Part shown: positions 49,240 to 57,660 of the stretch, piece by piece
How the letters are laid out: each line of letters starts with the position of its first letter
Numbering within the stretch: position 1 is the first letter of the stretch
Assembly (NCBI GenBank): GCA_965195285.1
Contig: CBDAFS010000058.1
Coordinates: 1-64,000 of the forward strand
Direction of reading: 5' to 3'
Source: an uncultured Aminicenantes bacterium
GTDB lineage: Bacteria > Acidobacteriota > Aminicenantia > UBA2199
Length of the DNA stretch: 64,000 nucleotides
Made by a program: the position numbers and the translations under genes
Notes under the pieces: generated by a model
The model's database searches: none
Told to the model about the DNA's origin: nothing
What the model saw: only the letters and a program-made list of their open reading frames with translations

Positions 49240-51291
49240 GTGGATGTCAAAGAAAAAATTTCAAAACTATCCAAATCGTTGTTGCATCATCAATACCTTT
49301 ATTATGTGAAAAATCAGCCTGAAATCTCAGATAGAGAATATGACTGTTTGTTTGATGAGCTGCTGGATCTGGAGAAAAAGTATCCGCAATTGGCTGTACT
49401 CAATTCTCCCACCAAGCGAATCGGTTCGGATCTGGACAACAGTTTTTCGGAGCGAAAACATAAAATTCCGGTTTTGTCTCTGGATAAGGAATATACCACC
49501 GAGGGTTTGAAAAAATGGATTGATAAAATCCGGTTCAACGCCGGGGGCGATATCAGTTTTGTGGTTGAGGAAAAGATCGATGGTGCCTCTATTATTCTTT
49601 ACTATAAAAAGGGATTGCTGGATATTGCTCTTACCCGAGGAAACGGGATTTTCGGAAATGATGTGACCAACAACATCAGAACCATCAACCAGGTTCCCTT
49701 AATCATCAATCAACCGATTGATGTGGTGGTAAGAGGAGAAATTTATATTACCAAATCCGATTTTCAAAAATACAATAAAAATTTTGAAGGCAAGTATTCG
49801 AATCCCAGAAACCTGGCAGCTGGAAGTTTGCGGAACCTGAAATCTTCGCTTGTATCCAAAATTCCGTTGAATATTTTTGCTCATGAAGGTTATTTTCAGG
49901 AGGGAAAAGCAACGGATTTTCAATTGGATAACCATGTGATGATCATTTCAAAGATCATGAACCTTGGATTCCGGATTAATCCGAACCTGGGTTTCTTTTC
50001 CGATAAGTCGGATTGGTTTTTCCCGCTGAAAGAGAAATTCCCTGAGTTGGTTACAGGTACCATTGCCGATATCAGTGATTATATAAAAATCCTCTCCAAA
50101 AAAAGAAAAAAACTGAAATATGAAATTGATGGCCTGGTGATCAAAGTAAATGAAATTCCAATTCGAAACCGGCTGGGGTACACATCTCATCATCCCCGTT
50201 GGTCTGTTGCCTTTAAATTTGATGCTCCGGTCGGACATACGGTATTGAATGAAATACGGATTCAAATCGGAAGGAATGGACGGGTGACTCCGGTGGCCAT
50301 TTTAAAACCAGTAAAACTGGGCGGCAGTATTGTTTCCAGAGCAACCCTCCATAATCAGGAGTATATTGATATGCTGGAGCTTGGAATTGGCGATGTTGTC
50401 AGTATATCAAAGCGGGGTGATGTGATCCCGGCTGTAGAAGAGGTAGTCGAAAAAAGCATTGAGAATCCGTCGATTTTCAAGCTGACTAAATTCTGTCCGT
50501 TTTGTCAGTTCAAATTGATAAAAGATGGTTCTCATCATTTTTGCCCGAACCGGAAATGTTCGGAGCGAATGAAACGTTCTCTGATTTACTTTGTAGCCAG
50601 GGATCAGATGGATATTGAGGGTTTGGGTGAAAAAACCATTAGATTTCTGTTTGAAAAGGGATTTATAAAGAGTATTTCCGATTTATTTACATTTGATTAT
50701 GGGAGCTTGCTCGGTCAGGAGGGATTTAAAGAAAAAAAAATCGAGAATATCAGAAAAAATATTGAATTGAGTAAGAGAAAACCTTTTAGTAGAGTTTTAT
50801 TTGCTCTTGGATTTGAGGGTCTGGGATCGAATACGGTTTTAGAATTAATAAAAAGCGGATATGATTCAATCGACAAAATTATGGATACCGCAGCCAGAAA
50901 TCAAACCGAAAAATTCTCCTCAATAGAGGGATTCGGTGAAATCACGGCACGGTTGATGATCCAGCACTTCAGTGATCCCAAAAATATTGAAATGATAGAA
51001 ACCTTAAAAAAAATCGGGCTCAGTTTTCAAGAACATTTTAAATCTGAACCGGAGTTTTCCATGGTATTTAACGGTCAAATCTGGGCGATTACCGGATCCT
51101 TTCGTCATTTTTCGCTCCGTTCACAGGTTGCCGGGGAAATTGAAAAAAGGGGAGGTAGAGTCAGTGATTCAATTTCCGGAAAAACCACTCACTTACTCTG
51201 CGGTGATTCTCCCAGCGGAAAACTGGAAAAGGCAAAGAATCTGAATATCCGGATTGTCCGTGAAGATGAATTCATGGAAATGTTAATATGA
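49240..51291 (+). CDS. ligA: NAD-dependent DNA ligase
   Basis: EKIDG, TRGNG, NPRNLAAGSLR, IDGLVIKV, ATLHN, C4 zinc finger, BRCT. Confidence 0.96.
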   Translation: MDVKEKISKLSKSLLHHQYLYYVKNQPEISDREYDCLFDELLDLEKKYPQLAVLNSPTKRIGSDLDNSFSERKHKIPVLSLDKEYTTEGLKKWIDKIRFNAGGDISFVVEEKIDGASIILYYKKGLLDIALTRGNGIFGNDVTNNIRTINQVPLIINQPIDVVVRGEIYITKSDFQKYNKNFEGKYSNPRNLAAGSLRNLKSSLVSKIPLNIFAHEGYFQEGKATDFQLDNHVMIISKIMNLGFRINPNLGFFSDKSDWFFPLKEKFPELVTGTIADISDYIKILSKKRKKLKYEIDGLVIKVNEIPIRNRLGYTSHHPRWSVAFKFDAPVGHTVLNEIRIQIGRNGRVTPVAILKPVKLGGSIVSRATLHNQEYIDMLELGIGDVVSISKRGDVIPAVEEVVEKSIENPSIFKLTKFCPFCQFKLIKDGSHHFCPNRKCSERMKRSLIYFVARDQMDIEGLGEKTIRFLFEKGFIKSISDLFTFDYGSLLGQEGFKEKKIENIRKNIELSKRKPFSRVLFALGFEGLGSNTVLELIKSGYDSIDKIMDTAARNQTEKFSSIEGFGEITARLMIQHFSDPKNIEMIETLKKIGLSFQEHFKSEPEFSMVFNGQIWAITGSFRHFSLRSQVAGEIEKRGGRVSDSISGKTTHLLCGDSPSGKLEKAKNLNIRIVREDEFMEMLI

Positions 51292-51834
51292 ATCCCGATC
51301 CTCTTTTTTATCCCTGTTATGGTATCTTTTCATATAGTCTTCAGTAACTTTTGTTTTGTCCAGGTATAAATATTCCGCGTATTTTTTAACATAGGCTTTC
51401 AAATATCCCGGTGGAGGCAGGATATTGTATTCTTCAAGTTCGATACTCTTGAGATGTTTATGGGGGATCCCGGTTGCCAGGGCGGCATCCTCCAGTTCGG
51501 TTCCCATGACTTCTCTGATCAATTTTAGTGCTTTCCCGCTGAATACTTCGAATTCGGGAATCCGCCGTTTGGAAACCGAATCCTTGGTACTATTCAATAC
51601 CACTTTGGTTTCAATCGAATAATACTTCTTCAGTTCATGGTAAGCCTCTTTGAGTTGAATCAAAATTTCCTTGCGTTTTCCTTCGGAAATTGAATCCATG
51701 ATTGAAACCAGAGCAGAGGATTTGGTTGCGTATAATTCGGATAAATGCAAAAATGAACTTCGAACTTCTGAAAATGGAGAGTCAGGAGTGATTTCCAGAA
51801 TTTCGAAGTATTTTTGATATTCTGAATCAGACAT
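51283..51834 (-). CDS. Degenerate J-like domain + RodZ-type XRE HTH protein
   Basis: YFEILEITPDSPFSEVR (J helix I/II, no HPD); LKLIRE..G..L......T.I....L..IE.E.Y..LP...Y...YVK.YA..L.LD. Confidence 0.7.
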   Translation of the reverse strand: MSDSEYQKYFEILEITPDSPFSEVRSSFLHLSELYATKSSALVSIMDSISEGKRKEILIQLKEAYHELKKYYSIETKVVLNSTKDSVSKRRIPEFEVFSGKALKLIREVMGTELEDAALATGIPHKHLKSIELEEYNILPPPGYLKAYVKKYAEYLYLDKTKVTEDYMKRYHNRDKKEDRDSY

Positions 51835-52765
51835 TTTTTATCCTGTCAATTTTTATTTGATTCCCGGTTTTGATGTTTTCGGCAATGGTAATGATTTCCT
51901 GCTCTATTCTGGGAGATATAATGAATTTATGTGTAGGTACGAGACTGAAATTTTTCCATGACTGGTTATCATATTCCACATATCCGGAATAGTGTATGTC
52001 CACGCCAAAGTATTTCATGCAGATGCTTTTTATTGAAAATCCTTCAATGATATCATTGGCTTTTCTAACTTTATTGACAATCAGATACAATTGAAGATGG
52101 GATACCTTTTTGAGAGTTGACTGATCTATTCTTTCGGAAGCTTCACCCAATTGCCTGATCAAATCTCCCAGGGTCTTAATCTGGTATTGTTTCCGATTAT
52201 TCCAAAGATTTTCAATGGTTTTATTCAAGCCGTAATGGCTCAATGAGAAATGTAATTTCCTGAAAAAACTGTTTCGAATGAAATGAAGTAAATTCTCAAT
52301 TGAGATTATCTCCAGGTCAGTGGTCACAATTTTTTTGTCAGCTTTGAGAAAAAAATCAATGGTCATCTGGCTTGAACCTCCCCCGAGATCCAGCAAGATG
52401 TAATCGGCATTAACCCTTTTTAAACCGGAGAAAAATGCCTTGATCTGTTTATGGCCAATAGCAATAAAGGAAATTCCGTTTTGATTCCCGGTGATGATTT
52501 TCAGGTTTTTCACTCTGGTTGGCTGAATCAGGTTTTCAATGGCTTCATTATCTTCAAAACAATCCAGGATGGATTTTTCGGCTGACGGAATTCCAAAGAA
52601 TGAATGAATATTGGGTGCACTCAAATCACAATCAATGAGGAGAACCCGCTTCCCGTCTCCGGCCAGAAATTTGGCTATTTGACTGATAACAAGCGTTTTT
52701 CCGGTTCCGCCTTTGCCGCTACCAATGGCCCAGATTTGGGCTCTGTTTTTTGTTTCCTTTTTCAT
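51827..52765 (-). CDS. MinD/FlhG/ParA-family ATPase
   Basis: Deviant Walker A KGGTGKT, LLIDCDL..PN.H, DYILLDLG, IVNKV. Confidence 0.85.
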   Translation of the reverse strand: MKKETKNRAQIWAIGSGKGGTGKTLVISQIAKFLAGDGKRVLLIDCDLSAPNIHSFFGIPSAEKSILDCFEDNEAIENLIQPTRVKNLKIITGNQNGISFIAIGHKQIKAFFSGLKRVNADYILLDLGGGSSQMTIDFFLKADKKIVTTDLEIISIENLLHFIRNSFFRKLHFSLSHYGLNKTIENLWNNRKQYQIKTLGDLIRQLGEASERIDQSTLKKVSHLQLYLIVNKVRKANDIIEGFSIKSICMKYFGVDIHYSGYVEYDNQSWKNFSLVPTHKFIISPRIEQEIITIAENIKTGNQIKIDRIKNV

Positions 52766-52866
52766 TTCCTTTTTTATGGACTTCTTTACTCCGTTTTATT
52801 ATAACACTTTTGAAATCAAATTTCCCTATCCAGGTGACCTGGAGGTGTTTGTCCGCTAATGATTTT

Positions 52867-53556
52867 TTATCGAGTCACCTGGCATTCGATCTTCACCAAG
52901 GTGTAATATTGGCGGTGATCGTTGGATCGGATTTTAAGAAAATGGGTGGCTTTCACCTCTGTTTTTGCCTTGAGGATGATTTCTATCACGGCACTCTGAT
53001 TGGGTTTGATAACGGTATCGGAAAACATCGGAATGATTTCCGGTATATGGGAAACTTCCAGAATTTTTAAGTCCAGGTTGCCAGTATTTTTTATGATCAA
53101 TTTCCTTGATTTTTGCTTGCCCAGGGATATTTTTTTAAAATCGATGCTGGAGGGACTGACTTCAATGCGGGCAAAATTCTTCAAGGTAACCAGGCCAATT
53201 ATTTTCAGCCGAATATAAGGATTTTTATCATCATTACTGGTTACTCCTATGGATTTCATGATTCTTCTGCCCCCGAAACCGTTGGAAATGAATTTAACCG
53301 GAATCGTTCCTTTTTCTCCGGGTTTGTATTTTTTTTTATTCAGCCGGGTAACCGTGCATCCGCAGGAGGGCCGGATGCTTTTAATATAGAGTACGCTGTC
53401 CCCCGTGTTTTTAAATTTAAAGGCCAGATTAACGGATTTTCCCTCATCGACTTTCCCAAAATTAATTTCCTGACTTTCAAATTTTAAAACTGCTTTTGCC
53501 TGAAGCATGAATGAAAGCAAAAGGCAAAGAAAGGCGAAGATAAGTATTTTTCTCAT
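52867..53556 (-). CDS. Exported DUF1573 (Ig-like) domain protein
   Basis: Signal peptide; FKNTG...L.I....PSCGCT; second Ig-like repeat; start ATG 53556 after SD GGAGG. Confidence 0.8.
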   Translation of the reverse strand: MRKILIFAFLCLLLSFMLQAKAVLKFESQEINFGKVDEGKSVNLAFKFKNTGDSVLYIKSIRPSCGCTVTRLNKKKYKPGEKGTIPVKFISNGFGGRRIMKSIGVTSNDDKNPYIRLKIIGLVTLKNFARIEVSPSSIDFKKISLGKQKSRKLIIKNTGNLDLKILEVSHIPEIIPMFSDTVIKPNQSAVIEIILKAKTEVKATHFLKIRSNDHRQYYTLVKIECQVTR

Positions 53557-54569
53557 TTTTCCTCCAGTTCCTTTACTCTCTTTTCCAGTGATTTGATCCG
53601 CTCGATGAATTTTTCCAGATTCCGGAACAAAACTTGATTTTTTCTCCATTGTTTTATATCCTGGTGCGGATATCCGGCTACAATGCCTTTTTCTTTTATA
53701 TTACCGGTTACTCCTGTTTTTCCGGCTATCATTACCCCGTCTGCAATTTTCAGGTGATCTCCAATTCCAACCTGCCCGCCCATTATGACATTTTCTCCGA
53801 TTTCCGTGGAGCCCGAGATTCCGGTTTGCCCGGATAAAGTCGAAGATCTTCCGATAGTCACATTGTGGCCGATCTGCACCAGGTTATCGGTTTTCACATA
53901 GGCTTTTAAATCGGTTTTTTCAATGGTGGATCTATCGATACAGGTATTGGCCCCGATCTCACAATGATCTCCAATGATTACCTGTCCCTTCTGTGGGATT
54001 TTTACAATCGATCCATCCGATTTCCGGGTAAAGCCAAAACCGTCAGAACCGATAATGGCACCTGGTTGAATAATCACCTGGTTGCCGATATCAACATCTT
54101 CCCGAATGACTACATTCGAATATATGATGCACTGTTTGCCAATTTTTACCCCCGGGTAAATAATGACACCCGCGTGAATTTCGGTTTCATCCTTGATTTG
54201 GGCATGATCTCCGATGTGGGAAAAAGTCCCTACCGAGACATTCTTTCCCAATACAGCTGACTTGGCTATATAGGCCAGTTCATCGATACCTTCATTGAAT
54301 CGACGGTGCGGGAAAAAAAGATGTAAAATCTGGGCAAAGGCAATATACGGATATTCGACATAGATGAGGTTGGGGTAGACGATGTGGCTGCTTTTTTTGA
54401 CGATCAATGCACCGGCATTGATTGTTTTTAAATCAATTTGGTCCTGGTCAGAGAATGCAATTTCATTTTTCCGGGCGTTCTTCAATGAATTTACCGATGA
54501 AACCGCATGATCCGGGTCTCCCTTGAGTTCACCACCGATAATTTCAGTTATTTTTTTTAATTTCATCAT
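53553..54569 (-). CDS. lpxD: UDP-3-O-acyl-glucosamine N-acyltransferase
   Basis: Hexapeptide repeats, IGSDGFGF, KIPQ.G.V.I, EIGANTCIDR, DNLVQIGHNV. Confidence 0.95.
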   Translation of the reverse strand: MMKLKKITEIIGGELKGDPDHAVSSVNSLKNARKNEIAFSDQDQIDLKTINAGALIVKKSSHIVYPNLIYVEYPYIAFAQILHLFFPHRRFNEGIDELAYIAKSAVLGKNVSVGTFSHIGDHAQIKDETEIHAGVIIYPGVKIGKQCIIYSNVVIREDVDIGNQVIIQPGAIIGSDGFGFTRKSDGSIVKIPQKGQVIIGDHCEIGANTCIDRSTIEKTDLKAYVKTDNLVQIGHNVTIGRSSTLSGQTGISGSTEIGENVIMGGQVGIGDHLKIADGVMIAGKTGVTGNIKEKGIVAGYPHQDIKQWRKNQVLFRNLEKFIERIKSLEKRVKELEEK

Positions 54570-55431
54570 TTTTTCCCCTGTCAAATATGTAGGTCAGTTT
54601 GGCCCCGTAGAGCATAATTGACATTGAAATTTGCATCCAGAAGCCGAATAGGATAATGGCAATTATGGGTCCCCGTATTTCCCATACAAAAGAAACGTTT
54701 ACCAGATAATATGTGTATGCCCTCTTGGTTATTTCCCAGAGTATTGTGGAAATAATGGCAGCGATGAATGCCCCCTTCACGTAGACTTTTTTTTCCGGTA
54801 TCCATTTATAAAGCACGAAAAAAAACAGCAGGGAGATTAAAAAGGGAGCTACATATGTTACCAGGAATGTATCTAAAAATTCGACAAATCCCGGATGAAT
54901 ATGGATGGCAATAAACTGGTTTTTTTGAAAAAGAGTGGTGAAGGTGGAAATGAAGCCGGAAAAAAGAAAGGAAATGACCAGTAGGGAACCCATGACAAAG
55001 AGTAAGCTTACCTCACTGATACGCCTGGTCAGGAAACCTTTCTCCGACTTTTTTTCCTTTAGCTTGATATTGAACATTTCATTGACAAATTGAACCATTT
55101 TTTTGATGACCAGAAAAGAGAGAAACACAAAAAACAAAATTCCCAGAATTCCGATCTCTCTTAGTTTGGTGGAAACATCCTGGGCTTTTCTGAACAATTC
55201 GGGTGAGATCTTTGAAAAAAAATCAGGTGAAAAAGGGTACATCCCTTCTATGGCCGTATTGGGATCTCCCAGAAATTTGGTGAAGACAAATGTGAAGAAA
55301 GTGAGTAAAAAAAGAGTGGAAAATATGGAATATAAAGCCAGGATACTTGACTTGTCAAGGCCGTCATCATGAACAAATTCCTTCAATGCGATCCACACAT
55401 TTTTCAGAATGTTAAATTCTTTCAGTTTCAT
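54544..55431 (-). CDS. YihY/BrkB family inner-membrane protein
   Basis: About 6 TM helices; LYKWIP, GA..A...WE..K, LYGA motifs. Confidence 0.8.
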   Translation of the reverse strand: MKLKEFNILKNVWIALKEFVHDDGLDKSSILALYSIFSTLFLLTFFTFVFTKFLGDPNTAIEGMYPFSPDFFSKISPELFRKAQDVSTKLREIGILGILFFVFLSFLVIKKMVQFVNEMFNIKLKEKKSEKGFLTRRISEVSLLFVMGSLLVISFLFSGFISTFTTLFQKNQFIAIHIHPGFVEFLDTFLVTYVAPFLISLLFFFVLYKWIPEKKVYVKGAFIAAIISTILWEITKRAYTYYLVNVSFVWEIRGPIIAIILFGFWMQISMSIMLYGAKLTYIFDRGKNDEIKKNN

Positions 55432-55517
55432 GAATCAACTCAAGAGTATCAATTTTCTACACAGTCTTGGTGCAGATAGAAATAGGGTCGGGTAAATCTT
55501 ATTTTTCCTGGCGATTT

Positions 55518-55862
55518 TTAATATGAATAATTACCCCATTTCACGAAAAATATAATCAGGTCGATTAACAGGACATAGATAACCAGTGATTCGATCAAAG
55601 CCAGTCCGATAATCAAAATAGTTTTGATTGAATCGGCGGCAGCCGGGTTTCTTCCGATATTATCTGCGGCTGTCCTGATGGCCTTGGATTGTGCAAAAGC
55701 AGCCAGTATTGCCGTAGCGGCCAGTGAGACTCCACCGATAATGATGGACCACAAAAACAGGGGTGTCGCATCTTTTACTTTGGTGAGTTCGTTATCTGCA
55801 GCCGAAAGTGTGAGTGAAAAAATAACCAGAGCAAAAAAGATGAGCAAAAGTTTGTTTTTCAT
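55518..55862 (-). CDS. atpE: ATP synthase F0 subunit c with N-terminal extension
   Basis: RNP loop, GLALIESLVIY; follows atpB; SD AGGAGG. Confidence 0.92.
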   Translation of the reverse strand: MKNKLLLIFFALVIFSLTLSAADNELTKVKDATPLFLWSIIIGGVSLAATAILAAFAQSKAIRTAADNIGRNPAAADSIKTILIIGLALIESLVIYVLLIDLIIFFVKWGNYSY

Positions 55863-55880
55863 TTTATTTCCTCCTTGAGA

Positions 55881-56603
55881 CTAATGTTCTGAAGCCATGG
55901 CTCCTGATAGATATATTGCAGAAAGCATAACAAAAATAAATGCCTGAAGCAGAGATGTAAATATTGCGAATGCCATCATGGGCAGAGGAGCGATATAGGG
56001 AATTAAAGAAATAATGATGATAATTACCAGATCCTCACCGAAGATATTCCCGAAAAGCCTCATGGAAAGTGATAAAGGCCTGGAGAAATGAGATATGATT
56101 TCAATGGGGAAAAAAAGCCAGGCCAGCCACCAGGCAGGTCCGGCAAATTTCTTCAAGTAACCCAGCAACCCGTGCTTTTTCACACCCTGATAATGGTAAT
56201 AAACAAAGATAAAGGTGGCACATCCGACAGTTACATTTAAATTGGCTGTTGGAGAAGCCATTTCCGGGAAAAGACCCAGAAGGTTGGAAGTAGCGATAAA
56301 TATACCCATGGTGGTCAGTGCGGGGAGAAATTTTCTCCCTTCGTGACCGATAAGATCATCGATTAATGACTGAAAAGCCTTGTACAGCATTTCCAGAACA
56401 TTTTGCATTTTATCCGGAAATATTTTTAGGTTTTTTACGGTCAATTTAAAAAATAAGATAACGATAAGAGCGGCAATTCCAGCCATAACAATATGAGCTG
56501 GTATGATATCTCTTCCTTTTTCAATGTTGATACCAATGGCTGATAACATCCATACCAGGAATTTATTGATCGATTCAACGATGATGAGTTTATGTTCTTC
56601 CAT
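55881..56603 (-). CDS. atpB: ATP synthase F0 subunit a
   Basis: QN..E, NLLGLFP, PTAN, RPLSLSMRLFGN, LQAFIF..L; start moved to ATG 56603. Confidence 0.95.
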   Translation of the reverse strand: MEEHKLIIVESINKFLVWMLSAIGINIEKGRDIIPAHIVMAGIAALIVILFFKLTVKNLKIFPDKMQNVLEMLYKAFQSLIDDLIGHEGRKFLPALTTMGIFIATSNLLGLFPEMASPTANLNVTVGCATFIFVYYHYQGVKKHGLLGYLKKFAGPAWWLAWLFFPIEIISHFSRPLSLSMRLFGNIFGEDLVIIIIISLIPYIAPLPMMAFAIFTSLLQAFIFVMLSAIYLSGAMASEH

Positions 56604-56979
56604 TGGATATATTCCTGAATATTTGATAGGCACTCTCAATCATGATGGATAGCACAACAGTGGAGAGACCGAGAATGAAAAAGAAAATAGCGGCGTCAGA
56701 GATTTTTGATAACGGGTAAAAAATCGCTATTATCAGGACAATTTTCAAAAAACTGGAAAAGAAAATGAGGAATTTCCCTTTTTGTTTAGTCAGGTATCTG
56801 TCGATTATCTTTATCATTGTAAGAAAACTCAAAATTCCGACTAATGTGGCCAGTAAGGTTATTATACAATAAATGAGGCTTTTTGTAAAAACATAAATTA
56901 ATCCAATAATGATGATCTGGAATACTATTGAAATCCTCAGAATTCTTTTTATGATCCGGGTATTATTTTCTGTTGCCAT
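56590..56979 (-). CDS. atpI: ATP synthase protein I-like membrane protein
   Basis: 4-TM 129-aa protein immediately upstream of atpB. Confidence 0.7.
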   Translation of the reverse strand: MATENNTRIIKRILRISIVFQIIIIGLIYVFTKSLIYCIITLLATLVGILSFLTMIKIIDRYLTKQKGKFLIFFSSFLKIVLIIAIFYPLSKISDAAIFFFILGLSTVVLSIMIESAYQIFRNISNGRT

Positions 56980-57184
56980 TTTGTTTCGAAATCTTGATTA
57001 AATTCACGAACCCGGCGGCTATTCCATAAAGCGTGAATACGATCAGTAAATATGGGGAGGTTTTAAAAAGTTGATCCAGAAAATAACCGATGGCAAATCC
57101 CACGACAATGGAGGCGGGAAACATCAGGCCCACAGTTGAATAAGCTGTCCATTTTTTCTTTTTCTGGAGATTTTCGTTTTTCAT
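56963..57184 (-). CDS. AtpZ/AtpI-family small protein
   Basis: G....IGYFLD..F.TSP........GIAAGF.N motif. Confidence 0.85.
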   Translation of the reverse strand: MKNENLQKKKKWTAYSTVGLMFPASIVVGFAIGYFLDQLFKTSPYLLIVFTLYGIAAGFVNLIKISKQNGNRK

Positions 57185-57251
57185 GTGAATTTCAGAGAGA
57201 TTTTACTGATTCGGGTTCTCTGCTTTGGATAGGTGAGATTTCATGGAACAT

Positions 57252-57608
57252 TTAAAAATCGTCATTTTCCTCTTCGTCTTTTATATTATAGCCATTAAAG
57301 TTTTCATCTGAGTTCTCATCATCAAAATTGTTGTTTTCGCCATAGTAATCCATGGAATCAAAGTCTTCCTCACCGAATTCTTTCTTTCGGATGGTCAGGG
57401 ATTTTGAAAATTCTTCTTCGTCCTCAAAATGTCTTATATAATTGGAATCCAGTTCGCTGTAATATAATTCCAAATAATCATCATCTATTTGACAAAAAAT
57501 TGACATGTGTTCAAAAGCATCCAAATCACCAATGATTTCTACAATTTTAGTGGAAGCGTCTTTTAAGGCATCAAGGGTTTTCCAGGATAAGACTTCTAAT
57601 TGCTCCAT
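57252..57608 (-). CDS. Highly acidic hypothetical protein
   Basis: 118-aa ORF with SD GAGG; about 37 Asp/Glu by manual count. Confidence 0.65.
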   Translation of the reverse strand: MEQLEVLSWKTLDALKDASTKIVEIIGDLDAFEHMSIFCQIDDDYLELYYSELDSNYIRHFEDEEEFSKSLTIRKKEFGEEDFDSMDYYGENNNFDDENSDENFNGYNIKDEEENDDF

Positions 57609-57660
57609 TACCGATTTCCTCAGAAAAATTAAGTCATTTACTATTTATAAATATAAAATA

